From: Octopus vulgaris
Taxonomy: Eukaryota
DNA length: 64,000 nt
Direction: 5' to 3'
NCBI GenBank assembly: GCA_951406725.2
Contig: OX597815.1
Location: forward strand, 100,316,001 to 100,380,000
Positions 27,050-40,265 of the stretch are shown here, in pieces. The notes under the pieces are model-generated. The model ran no database searches, was not told the origin of the DNA, and saw only the letters and a program-made list of their open reading frames with translations. The translations under genes and the position numbers were made by a program. Within the stretch, counting starts at the first letter, position 1; every line of letters begins with the position of its first letter.

Positions 27050-27908
27050 GAGTGCGATGGGTAAATTGTCCCCATTTTATATTTATTTTTAATTTCGCGC
27101 ATGTGCATTGTTGTTTTTGATTTTGTCGAGTACACAATATAGTAGGATCAGTTGGGTACTGTCAGTGAGAAAAACAGCACCATGACGAAATTCAGTCTGC
27201 CAGAAATTTGGAAACAACAAGTTCAATACGAACATTTCAGAGTATTTGGGTATCAATCTGAAGACATTACAATCTGAGGACGTGTACCGAGAGTGGTAAA
27301 AATCAAATCTCAAGTCAACATCATGGTGTTTGGAGTGATCACTTGTGATGGTGACGTTATGCCTCCATTCATCTTCCCACACGACCTCAAAATCAACATG
27401 GAGGCCTACATTAAGTGGCTGCGGGAGGTAGTGCTGCCCTGGGTCAAGAGGGTGGCTGCTGGAAGACCCTATGTCAGGCAACAGGTCTCTGCACCATGCC
27501 ATACAAGCAGGAGAACCCTGTCATGGCTGTCAGACAATTTTCGCGATCACATCACCCTTAACATCTGGCCACCTAACTCTCCAGATTGCAACCCCTTTGA
27601 TTATTATGTGTGGGGCGCAGTTGAGCGAGAGACCAACAAAACTCCTTTTAACACCAAAGAGGAACTGAAGGCAAGGATTATAGCAGCATTCACCACCTTA
27701 AACAAGGAGACTGTCGAGAAGAGTTGCAGATTCCAAAGTCGCCTGGAGGCCGTGATTGAAGCCAATGGCGATTTTATTGAATAAATTTACTCTTTAGTAT
27801 TTCAAGCTATTTTTACGTAATTTTAGTAGATATATCTGCAAAAATGAGATGTCAGTGTTATTTTCATTTCATGCGTAATTTAGACTACGGTTTATTCACC
27901 ACACCATA
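27047..27908 (+). mobile_element. Internally deleted maT (DD37D) Tc1/mariner-superfamily transposon; transposase remnant 27293-27784
   Basis: VMVFGVIT..RQQVSAPCHT..WPPNSPDCNPFDYYVW, with 37 residues between the second catalytic position (D>V) and the final D; degenerate TIRs with TA flanks. Confidence 0.85.
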
Positions 27909-28010
27909 TATGTATATACATACACACACACACACATACGCACACACACACAAGCAAACACACAAATACATACATACATACATACATACATACATACATA
28001 CATACATACA

Positions 28011-28042
<32 letters not shown>

Positions 28043-28941
28043 GGGCCCTGTGATATGTAACACACTGCCTATATTCCGATCCTGAGAAAGACTATAGATC
28101 CAGTCCATCACTGGAACTGTAAAAAGTTAATCATTTAAATATATATGAGCATGTTTAGATATGTAACTATATGCATGAGAATACATAAAACATACAAATC
28201 TGCACATACATACATACATACATACATACATACATACATACATACATACATACATACATACATACATACATACATACATACATACATACATACATACATA
28301 CAGAAATACCCTGTTATTGATGTTGAAATTGCAATGAAGGAACCTTGGATTTAGGTTAGAAACCGGTTCTTTCTCTATTGAGAAGAAATCTTGAAATAAA
28401 CTGAATAATGGTATACAGACATATAATTTCCACCTCTGCTTGAATATTTATCCCATTTACAGTTCAATCGAATTCAATAATGTTAACATTTACGAGATTC
28501 GTCTCATTGAAAAGCAATTTTGTTATGAATTATTACTGTTTTTCCACTAATTGTGTCACACCAGGTTACCTTTTCCATTCTAAAGTGGATTTTTGTTTCC
28601 CCAGCACTCTACCAAAACTTAATGAATTTGAATATGCAATGATATAGAAACTGCTTTCCCTCTATTTCTGGTTAAAATTCGGAGATCTAAAGTTTAAAAC
28701 ACAGAGTAGCTTTTATTTTATTTTTATTTTTATTTTTTCAACTTCGAATGAATATGATATATTAACTCTGTTTTGTATTGAGCACTCACTGCTTCTCCTT
28801 CACGATAATGTATTCATGTATCTACGCGCACACACACACACACAATCACACACACACGCACACGCACACACCCGCACACACACACATACACACACACATA
28901 CACACACATACACATACACAACACACACATTCACCCACACA

Positions 28942-28985
<44 letters not shown>

Positions 28986-29125
28986 TGTATACATGCAGAT
29001 ATGTGTATAGATGCATTTTTAAATATGCATATGTAAGTTTGTTTTTAACATATATATGTGGCGGAGTATATGTATGCTTGAATGTATATACATACATATC
29101 CGATTTCAAGTCAGATCTAAGGGGC

Positions 29126-29262
<137 letters not shown>

Positions 29263-29647
29263 CAGATGGACAGATAGATAGACTTTGTGAATCGTCACAT
29301 TTATTTTGATATAATGATAATAAAACGAAGGTTTAATTTACAGGGTTAATTAATCAGTGAAAATGTTTGGAGTAGTGTTTTTTTTGTTTATTTCTATTAA
29401 TGTTATTAGTTCTTTTATTCTAATATTTATTCATTTTGTTTGTGTTTTTTAGTATATACACGCTCTTGTGTTTATGAGGATATATATGTTGCATTGTTTG
29501 TGAAATTAGATATATATATATGTATGTATATGGATTATTTATAAATCTATATGTGTGTGTATGTATATATATATGATTATGTATGTATTTGTGAATATAT
29601 GACTGTGTTGTTATTGTCGTGGTGGTGGTGGTGGTGGTGGTGGTGGT

Positions 29648-29679
<32 letters not shown>

Positions 29680-30465
29680 TGGTCGTGGTGGTGGTGGTGG
29701 TGGTGGTGGTGGTGGTGGTGGTGGTGGTGGTGCTGCTGCTGCTGCTGCTGCTGCTGTTTCGCTTTTACTTTCGACAATGTAGTGAACCATTCATTAGTCC
29801 GTAAGAAGCCCCTTTGGAGAGAAGCTTATTCGTCCAATAAGTCCATTGTTCGTGCAGTTGTTAATACACTCAATTTGTTAAAGTCTATTTGTTTTTATCC
29901 CTAAGTCAGTACTGATTCAGCAATAACAATATCAAGTTTACAAAACCATTTGACTATGGGTTTTTGCATACTACGGTTCTTTTGTTCTCGTATGCTATGA
30001 GATAGAAAAAACACCACTGGGCGGGAAAATAACAGATAATAAGTGATGTTTTAGTCGCTTGCCTTTTTTCTTTACTTTCATATTGTTTTTGTTTTGGTCC
30101 TTTACATTTTTACTAACAAATAAAAGACAGAAAACTTTTCCTTTTTATTTTACTCCACAAGGACTTTGATGTGAAATAGGGGCTTCTGCAAACAAGGAGT
30201 GTATGACTGATAGTGGAATTTCGTTCGTCTTATAGGGGGTTATTGTCAACGAAATTCGTGTTGACGTTTATGACGATGATGAATGATAATGATGGTACTG
30301 ATGCTGGTTAATTGAACTAATATTTAACACACTGACCTATTTACCTAATTTTACGATGAACGGCTTTTCGTTTCTTTTCTCCATTTTGGTTTTTCTTCGG
30401 GGGTTTTTTTGTGCTTGTGGCTACTACTGCACGGTTATAAAGATACGGGCAGAAACACACACATA

Positions 30466-30519
<54 letters not shown>

Positions 30520-30623
30520 TGTGTGCGTGTGTGTGTGTGAATGTGTGTGTGCTTGTGTGCGTGTATGTGTGCATATATATATATATATTTATGCATGTAC
30601 CTGTATACGTGTGTATGTGTTTG

Positions 30624-30696
<73 letters not shown>

Positions 30697-31136
30697 GATA
30701 CATACATACACACATATATAAAAGAACACAGCGCACAAATACATGTACACATATTTTAACGCGCATGCACACATTCACGCACAAATACAAGTATTAGTGT
30801 GTGTGTGTGCGTGTATGTATATACATATATATATATATATACATACATACATACATACATATTATATATATATATATACATGTGTGTGTGTGTGTGTGTG
30901 TGTATGAATGAGCAATTTCTTTTAAGGCGGTGCTCCAGCATGTCCTCAGTTAAACCTTCCCAGTTGGACATTCAACATCAAGTTTGTTGTCTTTGTCATT
31001 GGGACCAGGCGTCAGGTTTGAGAATAACCTATGAATTGTGTATTCCTTTCTTTTCCCCCACCAGTTTTTGTGGTCTGCAATCTAACCATAGAGGGTACTC
31101 TTCTTTCTCGTTCTAAGACAAAAATATAATTAGATA

Positions 31137-32021
31137 TGTTTCTTTATTAGCCACACAGACCTGCACACAGACGGGACAGATTACAAAGTAGAGCTTTTCT
31201 TTTTGGGGGAGAGGAAAAAAAATGGTGGGTTAGGTTTTCGATCAAAAGAGATCGTAAAAGGGAAAGAAGAAAAAAAGGGGGGGAAAAGGGTAAAAACGAT
31301 CAATAGGGATCATGTATCACAGTGTCATGGTGTAAAGTGTAAAGAGGGAAGCAGATAAGGTTTATCCGTGGGAAGAAAAGCCTACGGAAAAGACCACGGT
31401 AACCTCGGTCAATGATGTTACATATTACCACATTAGTTTGCAAGTAGGTAACCCTCTGTTTTAAATTTTTCGGGTTCATAGGATTATGCCCAAGGTGGCT
31501 TCGTCATTCATACGTGCCATCCTTGCTACATTCACCCATCTTTTTTTGAAACATTCGCTAGACAAAAACTTGCCTCTCTACTCTCACTTACCTTTTCAAG
31601 TGATACTTGAAGAAGTTGATGAGAGATTGACCAGAGAGGAAAGTGTTTGTCTCCAATCCTTTCAGACGCGTCCACCAGATACATTCTTTCGCCATAGCCA
31701 CAAGGATGATGAAAATAGCTCTTCCTTCCCGTTTGAAGGAAGGGGGCGTGACAATATTGACGATAGACTCGGCTGATAAACCGACTCGTCCCACACGTGA
31801 CAGCAGTCGTTCGACATAAGCCCACAGGTCGGAAATTGTTGAACACTGAAGGAGTGCGTGCAGAACGGTTTCGTCGCTCTGACCGCATCTCGGGCAGGTC
31901 GGCCCCGTGTTTCTCGAGCCATGTCTGTAGAGCTTATTCCGAACGGGTAGCGCTTCTCGGTAGCACTGCCAGGCCAGGGATCTCTGGAAGTTGTCCATGG
32001 GCCCTGGCCCGAAAGTCGGCA
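31137..32021 (-). mobile_element. L1/Tx1-like LINE, 5'-truncated (ORF2 zinc-knuckle region plus 3' UTR)
   Basis: FQRSLAWQCYREALPVRNKL..CPRCGQSDETVLHALLQC..LW is zf-RVT-like; 3' tail ..ctgtgtggctaataaagaaacatatc. Confidence 0.9.
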
Positions 32022-32024
32022 GAC

Positions 32025-32119
<95 letters not shown>

Positions 32120-32120
<1 letters not shown>

Positions 32121-32180
32121 TTATTAGCCACACTGGGTCGAACACAGAGGGGGCAACACAATGTAGAACTTTTCTTTTCA
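32120..32180 (-). mobile_element. Tx1-like LINE 3' tip adjoining (GATA)n
   Basis: ttattagccacactgggtcgaacacagaggggg matches the 31137 terminus. Confidence 0.75.
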
Positions 32181-32488
32181 TCATCATCATTTGTACCAGT
32201 TGCGTACTGGGGTCGATCTAATCGACTTGCACCTTCCCCCAAAATTTCGGACCTTGTGCCTAGAGCAGAAAAGAAATATATTTATCCTACATTATAACGG
32301 CACAGCTCGGTACAACCCCATAAAACTGCTATTGGTAGTCGGTGTCATTAGGCTGTAGCCGGCATGATAAAATAGCTTTTATATGCATACTCAAAACCCT
32401 TCTCCCATAAACGAACTAAAAGGTTGTGTGTGTGTATGTGTGTATGTGTGTGTGTGTGTATGTGTGCGTGCGTGCGTGCGTGCGTGTG

Positions 32489-32560
<72 letters not shown>

Positions 32561-33447
32561 TGTTATTTAGGAAGCGCTTGATACGTAAGTTTCAGATCAT
32601 TCCGTAGTATATAATAGGAAATACATCCTTTACGCAACTCCTTCCTCTGTTAGTACATATAGAAGACGGTCTTACATACATTTTCAATCTACCAAATTCC
32701 CCCACAATGCATTGGTTGGTCCGAGGCTATAGTAGAAGATACTTATCTAAGGTGCCGTTTAGTGGAGCAGAACCTAAAACTATGTGGTTGCAAAGCGAAC
32801 TTCATAACCACGCAGCCACGCCTGCGACTATATTCTTAAGTTCCGCCAAATCTCTCTTGATCCATCTCTTTCAGCGAGTTCCTGTTGTTTGTTATTTTTT
32901 CTTTCACACTTTGTTCCAGATTTTTTCGGTTAGCACATGTTTTATGTTAGAGTAGGACATTCTGTCACAGTAGCAATGAGGCTGCTTATGTTTTCGATTT
33001 AGCTATTACCCTCTGCTTTGGTGTAGAAGATACTTAATGAGTATTTCTTGAATTGTTTGGAGGTAGCCTTCGAGTTGCAGTCTTTATGAACTCCGCGGTA
33101 CTCTATGTCTGGCTTTTCCCTCTACGGTCTGTGCTTTTGTTGGAAGGGGTGTTTATTCTTATTTTAAATACCCATGTAAAAATTTGTCAGTGAACTTATT
33201 TATTTTCTTATATTGTGGATGTATTATAACGATTTTCCGATGTTTATGCTTCATCCTTATAAGTTCCATCCTGTTGATAATTTTATTTACGTGCTCTTAG
33301 GCTTGAGCAAGGTTGTTTCTCGGTTTCAGCATTACAATTTGGGTTTCCCACCGTTGCAGTCATTACTTGGGAAATATAAGCATCTACATCTCCGCTGATG
33401 TCGAAATTTTTAGTATCACTGAGCAGTTTTTAACTTTTTACAACCAT

Positions 33448-33619
33448 AGGCGCAGGAGTGGCTGTGTGGTAAGTAGCTTGCTAACCAACCACATGGTTCC
33501 GGGTTCAGTCCCACTGCGTGGCATCTTGGGCAAGTGTCTTCTGCTATAGCCCCGGGCCGACCAATGCCTTGTGAGTGGATTTGGTAGACGGAAACTGAAA
33601 GAAGCCTGTCGTATATATG

Positions 33620-33652
<33 letters not shown>

Positions 33653-33863
33653 TTGTGTATGTGTGTTTGTCCCCCTAGCATTGCTTGACAACCGATGCTG
33701 GTGTGTTTACATTCCTGTCACTTAGCAGTTCGGCAAAAAGAGACCGATAGAATAAGTACTGGGCTTACAAAGAATAAGTCCCGGGGTCGATTTACTCGAC
33801 TAAAGGTGGTGCTCCAGCATGGCCGCAGTCAAATGACTGAAACAAGTAAAAGAGTAAAGAGAG
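33448..33863 (+). mobile_element. SINE family A, full length (tRNA-like head, internal (TA)/(TG) tract, LINE-like tail)
   Basis: ggcgcaggagtggctgtgtggtaag..ggttcagtccc..ggtagacggaaactgaaagaagcc..aaggtggtgctccagcatggccgcagtcaaatgactgaaacaagtaaaagag; near-identical to 37487-37961. Confidence 0.9.
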
Positions 33864-34468
33864 TATATCATTAAGTTCTTTCAGTGACGAATTCACAATT
33901 CCAAATGTGTTGTGAGCGATATGCTGATGACTATATTTTCTTTACTCTCTTGGGGTATTTTTTCTTGTTCCTTCCTTGCCTGTAGGTCCATCATATCTAA
34001 CATTCTCATCCCTTTCAAGATACCTGTAGTACTCTCATAATTGCATAGATTGTATTAATAAGCCGGTCATGATTTGTTCTATAGGGTTGAGCACAATTTC
34101 TTCTCCATCTTACCGCTAACAATTTATGTTTGATTCACCAAATTTTATTCTAACATTTATGAAATGTTGGATAAGGGGATCCAATTGATTTTTTAAAGAG
34201 GTTAATACTTGGTTCATATTATAATACTTAGACCATTTGTATGTATATATATATAAATAAAAGTATATGTACTATGTATTTTTGTGCCTATGTATGTATG
34301 TGTAAGTGGTGTATGGTGTATTTCCTATTATATATTACGCAGATCTGAAACGTGCACATTAAATGCTTTCAAAATACATTATTAGGTTTGATTTCATATA
34401 TTTGTTGTGATATATATGTGTGTGTGTATGTATATATACATACACACACACACACACACACACGCGCG

Positions 34469-34515
<47 letters not shown>

Positions 34516-34516
34516 C

Positions 34517-34642
34517 TTAAAGCATTTTGGTTCGGCGCCATGCAACTTAAAGCTTCGTAGGCTCCTTGAACCCAACGAACTAGCTTTCTGTGAGGAGCCT
34601 ACAAAACTTTAAGTTGCATGGAGCCGAGCCAAAGTGTTTTAA
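34517..34642. repeat. Hairpin, 51-nt arms with 24-nt loop, next to (TA)n
   Basis: 34517-34567 pairs with 34592-34642 with 7 non-Watson-Crick positions. Confidence 0.9.
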
Positions 34643-35599
34643 ATATTAATATATGCAAGTCCTACTAGATGTGTTGAGCGTTTCTTTCTTTCTATATATA
34701 TTCATTCAATTATCATCTTTGCAGTATGATACGATCAACTAAAGATAGCAGTATTATATTCACTAAAATCAAATATATCGCCGGTGTTCAACATTCTCGT
34801 ATACTTGCATTCCTGCATTCCGGCATTCCTGTATTCCCGTAATCCTGTAATCCAACATACATCATGGCAGATAGCAATTCACTAACTTACTTTCCCACCT
34901 TTGTATAACATGCCAGTTTCTGCTCTCAATCGATTCTCAACGACATGACGCTTTGCTCCTTCAAGCTAAAGAGGATATCAAGCTGTAATCTACTTAGCAT
35001 TGATGTTTCTCTACTATCAAGTAGAGCAATTCTAATGATATTTGTGTATTGATGTTTAGTTCATTTATAACACTTTCTCCGTAAAATGGTGCTAATTTTC
35101 GTGATATCGGCTATTGTCTATTATGTTACTAACAATACTCAACACTACCGAATATTGATTACCGTTGGAATTAACTCACTTTAAATTTCATCCATCATCT
35201 CTCTTTTCTTATTAATTACTTTTTTCTTTCTTTTATCCCTCTTTTCTTTCTTTTCTTTTCCCCTATATTTCTGTCCTTTTCTCCCTTTCTTTATACCTTT
35301 CTGTCTCTTTTTGGTTCCTTCTTTCTTCATATTTTTCGGTTTCCTTTTTCGTATTTTTTCTCTTTCTTTTTCTCTTTTTGTTTTTCTGTGTTTCTCTTTT
35401 GTTTCTTTACTTTTTCCTTCTTCTTTCTCTCTTTATTTCTTTCTTTTTCTTTCTTCTTTTCTCCATTTATTATTTCTTTTTTCCTTTCTGTCTTCCTTTT
35501 CTTTTTCCTTCCTCTCTTTCTTTTTCCCCCCCTCTATCTTTCTTATTTTGTGAATACTGCACCTGTACTGTTTGTTCATGGGAAAACAGATAGAGTTTA

Positions 35600-35860
35600 T
35601 TGCAAACAGCACTTTTGACATTGTTACCAAAGACAAGAAGGATAAGAGACAGATAATTCTGAAAGAAACACTTCTGTGAAAGCCAAACACAGTAGCTGAC
35701 CAAGTGCAAAAATCTGGAGATAGAAATTAACAGGATGTGGAACCCAAACACCGAAATTATACCAGTAATTCTAAGACTGAAGAAGAAGGAAAGACCGAAG
35801 ACAACAAAAACATTTACCCAGAACAGATTATCATTCTATAGGAAACTTAATATATTTTAC
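35600..35860 (+). mobile_element. Highly decayed R4/Dong-like C-terminal remnant
   Basis: EIEINRMWNPNTEIIPVIL resembles the EIxRMW....IPIVIG motif; otherwise frameshifted. Confidence 0.45.
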
Positions 35861-36443
35861 GGAGAGTTCTGTTCGTCAAGTGACATCTTCCTTATAGTGT
35901 TTCGGGCTAGCAGTTCAGACTTGGTTCAGCAGGAAAACAGGGAGTAAAAAAAGAAATCATAGCAATAATCGTTCAATTGTAAGAGGGGTAAATCGATAAC
36001 TGGTACTTATTTTATCAATTCCGAAAGAATGAAAGGTAAAGTCGACTTCGGCGGAATTTGAACTCAGAATGCAAATAGCCGGAAGAACGCCGCTAAGTGA
36101 TAACGTTTCAGCCAACTCGCTGCTTGGTCGTAACAAAAATAACTTCTTTTATTTAGCCAGTGAGGGAAATTTGATATAGCATTTGTTCAAACACACAGAA
36201 AAGCATGAAACGTTTAGTGGTGATTAATATAAGGTGTGAACTGGGGTAACAGATATATAAAGCTGTGAGGACCATTGAAAGACGTCATATAATATATGGA
36301 GATGTGGTTTAAAATTGTGAAAAAAAGAAACAAACAAATAATTACACGAGATAATTAGATAAGAATGAGACAAAATAAGTAAAAGAGGATATAATTTACA
36401 AAAAAAGAGTAAGCCATCATTACATACGTGGGAGTCTCTTTTT

Positions 36444-36477
<34 letters not shown>

Positions 36478-36913
36478 TACGCGCGCGCGCACACTCACAC
36501 ACACACACACACAAATGTGGACACGGACACGGATACACATGCATGCACACACACTCACAAACGTTGGCACGGACACAGACGCGCGCGCGCACGCACACAT
36601 ACACACACACGCACATACACACAGACACACATAAACACACAAATAGACATACACACACACACGCCATCTTTCGCTTAGTCCTCCTTTTTGAAGTCAACAC
36701 ATTTTATGCCATACGTCCTACTTCTCCCAACAAAGAAGATTTCATTCCATATATCCACGAGGGCTGCCTTTAGTTGCCCCTTTAATAGGACAAGAAAATC
36801 CCTCATAGTTTTGAGAAGGCACAAGTATTACATCTTCTCATGCGTCTAACTCATTCCGATTCTAATGTATAAGCACGGGGCATATACTGGATTGCCTCGT
36901 GTCTATATATTTA

Positions 36914-37004
36914 ATCTAAGGTGTACCTGCTGAAGAAGGCTTCGCCTAGCAAATTATTATATTTGCTAAAAAAAGGTCTGAAACCATTGGTCCAGGAGTT
37001 AGAT
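36914..37004 (+). ncRNA. Type I hammerhead ribozyme, intact core; predicted cleavage after GUC at 36992
   Basis: Stem I CCTG/CAGG extended by ATCTAA/TTAGAT across an internal loop; CTGAAGA 36930-36936; stem II AGGCTT/AGGTCT enclosing TAGCAAAT/ATTTGCTA; GAAA 36980-36983; stem III CC-ATT-GG; TC. Confidence 0.85.
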
Positions 37005-37117
37005 AGTAAATGTTTTTATTTTTCATTCCCTTCGACATTTTATCTCTAATAGTGGTTCGAAATTTTAAGTAGTCCTATGATGGCTACCTCTTATGTGTTT
37101 AAATATACACTGTATTG

Positions 37118-37177
<60 letters not shown>

Positions 37178-37267
37178 TGTCAAGTGGAGGTAGGAGACAA
37201 AAAGAGACACACTCACACAGACATACATACATATAAATATAAATATAAATATGTGTGTGTGTAGTCG

Positions 37268-37459
37268 CTCTCTTTTACTCTTTTACTTGTTTCGGGCATT
37301 TGACTGTGGCCATGCTGGAACACCGCCTTTAGTCGAGCAAATTAACCCCAGGACTTATTCTTTGTAAGCCTAGTACTTATTTTATCGGTCTCTTTTGCTG
37401 AACTAAGTTACGGGGACGTAAACACACTACCATCGGTTGTCAAGCGATGTTGGGGGCCA
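37268..37459 (-). mobile_element. SINE family A, 3' half, inverted relative to the adjacent full copy
   Basis: Reverse complement of the 37765-37961 segment. Confidence 0.85.
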
Positions 37460-37486
37460 ATCCAGCATATATATATATATATATAT

Positions 37487-37658
37487 AGGCGCAGGTGTGG
37501 ATGTGTGGTAAGTAGCTTGCTAACCAACCACATGGTTCCGGGTTCAGTCCCACTACGAGGCATCTTGGGCAAGTGTCTTCTGCTATAGCCCCGGACCGAC
37601 CCATGCCTTATGAGTGGATTTGGTAGACGGAAACTGAAAGAAGCCTGTCTCATATATG

Positions 37659-37754
<96 letters not shown>

Positions 37755-37961
37755 TGTGTCATGTGTTTGTCCCCCTAGCATTGCTTGACAACCGATGCTG
37801 GTGTGTTTACGTCCCCGTCACTTAGCGGTTCGGCAAAAGAGACCGATAGAATAAGTACTGGGCTTACAAAGAATAAGTCCCGGGGTCGATTTGCTCGACT
37901 AAAAGCGCTGCTCCAGCATGGCCGCAGTCAAATGACTGAAACAAGTAAAAGAGTAAAAGAG
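37487..37961 (+). mobile_element. SINE family A, full length
   Basis: Same structure as 33448-33863. Confidence 0.9.
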
Positions 37962-38289
37962 TATATACATGACAGGCTTCTTTCAGTTTCCATCTGCTGA
38001 TTTGCTCAGCTCGATTGTATTCTTTCCGCGGGAGGTTACTTAATTATGTTCGGGATGAATGTTCCCGTGAGGAAAATTGTTTTTTTTTTTTAACCTTTTC
38101 AAATCATATTGCTGTAAGATCAATACTTGAAGAATGCCAAACAATATCCAAAATACTTCATTTATTTCCATTAGATCTCATTCTCTTACACAGGTGTAAC
38201 AAAATACGAGAGGATAAACAAACCAACACCATATAAAAGTGAGAGAAGAATCAGGAACGTTACACATTGTATTAAGAGGTGAAAAATAT

Positions 38290-39135
38290 CGGACAAATTT
38301 CCTTGTAGCATTCGTTCCCGGTCTTTAAGTACGAGACAAATCCTGCAAATCAGTTTTTGTCTTCCGTACTTTTAGATTCGATAAGATAATGTACAAACCT
38401 AATGCTGGAGTCGTTGTAATTCGGTAATCCACTACTCGCAAAAATTGCCGGCCTTGTTTATAATTTAGAAACAATCATTATCAATACTGGTTTCATATTT
38501 TGGTACAATGCCATCGATTTGGTGGGAGTGGGGCGTGAGTCGATTAAATCGACTCCGGTATTCAACTGGTACTTATTTTACCGACTCCGAAAGAACGAGA
38601 AACAAAGTTAACCCCAGCAGTGTTAGAAATCAGAACGTAAAGATGGATGAGACGCTGCTAAGCATTTTGTCCAGCGTGCTAAAGAGGCCTGCCAGCACGC
38701 CACCCCCTGATTATTAATATCGGTTTCACATTTTGGCACAAACTCATCAAGAGGGAAGAGGTAAGTCGATTACAATGACCCCCACTCTCTTCTCAACTGG
38801 TGATTATTTTATCGATCCCGAAAGGATGAAAAGTTAAAGTCGCCCCGATGGCATTTGTACCAAAATTTAAAGCCAATATAAATATTACACTTAAGGCAGG
38901 CGAGCTGGTATAGTGATTAGCACGCCGGGAAAATGCTTAGCGGCATTTCGACCGTCTTTACTTTTTCATTTCAAGTTCCACTGGGTCGACTTTGTCTTTC
39001 ATCCTTTCGGGATCGATAAAATAAGTACCAGTTGAACACTGGTAGTGACTTACTCACTCCCCGGAAATTGTTGAGCTGATACCAAAATTTAAAACCAACG
39101 GTGGTGCCCCAGCATGGCCGCGGCCTTCGGGCTAA
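38290..39135. mobile_element. Cluster of SINE family B copies in both orientations
   Basis: Minus copies 38490-38880, plus copy 38895-39096 (ggcgagctggtatagtgattagcacgccgg..gtcgactttgtctttcatcctttcggg). Confidence 0.75.
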
Positions 39136-39159
39136 AACATTTAAAAGTATTTAAGGATA

Positions 39160-39915
39160 TATTACACAAAATAAATAGTATGAAACAAAGGCGACTGAAG
39201 AAGGGGAATTTTTCTTGTGTTGTATGTCTTGTACGCTATTTTTTCGTTGTTTAAAAAAATATCCATTTCCTTGGTTTTGTGTTTATGTTTTCGTTTCTCA
39301 TTGTGTTCGACGTTTTTTTTTTTTGGTGTCCTGTACCCATATATGCATGTATATATACATGTAGAGGTAGGTACGTACATATATGTATGTATATATGCAT
39401 ATGTTTTATTTATTTATTAATTTATTATATGACGGAACGCACGCATCCATTTCTAAGTAAGATTGTTCTTAATATTAATAATGATGCGCACTCTTAACCT
39501 TTCTCTCCCCCTCCCTTTCTCAGCCTTCATTCTTTTGGCTTTCCTTTTCTTCTACCTTACTGTCTCTCCCTCTCTCTCTCTCATTCTTCATTCTTTTCTC
39601 TACAACCATTCCCTTTTTTCTCTCCCTTTCTCTTACTCCTCCTCCTCCCTCCCGTCACGGACACGTGATGAGAAGGCTACTACTGTGTTTCTTCTCCTGG
39701 CTACCTTTAAGTAGAGACGGCCAATCTGTTGCTCCCTCGCCGTTCTCAAAAAATAGCGTTCGTAAAAATTTTTATCTCGTTCGGCTTAACAGCCCTTCTT
39801 GTTTGTGTTACTGTTATTCTCCGTATCCTGTCTTTTACTGTTTATATTTTGTACTGTCGTTACTGTCCTGTTTTTGTTACCATTTTTACCCCTCCGCAAA
39901 AAAATCTCAAATTTG
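39160..39915 (+). mobile_element. Non-coding repeat family related to 23130-23430, 60540-60870 and the minus strand of 20681-22138 (putative Penelope-like terminal/UTR sequence)
   Basis: Shared blocks ggtgtcctgtac..tatatgcatgtatatatacatgtaga.gt.ggtacgtacatatatgt and actgtcctgttt.tgttacc.ttttt.accc..cgcaaaa. Confidence 0.55.
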
Positions 39916-40099
39916 ATGTAAAATTCATAAATAAGGGTGTACAATAGCCCCTGCAATTGCTAGAAATAAGCGCTAAAAAATATAATTCGAATAGCCACAC
40001 AAAATCACCAATCTCATGAGATATTTATTGACTGCGAGCGGTAAGCTATAACATCTTTCTTCGGTGAGATAAACTCATAGAATGAAGTAGTTTGATAAA

Positions 40100-40151
<52 letters not shown>

Positions 40152-40225
40152 GGTGCCCCAGATAAATGGCGGTGCCCCAGCATGGCCACAGCTCATTAGC
40201 TGAAACTGGAAAAATCAAAATCAAA

Positions 40226-40260
<35 letters not shown>

Positions 40261-40265
<5 letters not shown>

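Noticed and set aside
29577-29777. Poly-Q/H/R ORF resembling a transcription-factor low-complexity region
   Set aside because: Only trinucleotide repeats; flanking frames close quickly and no domain is present.
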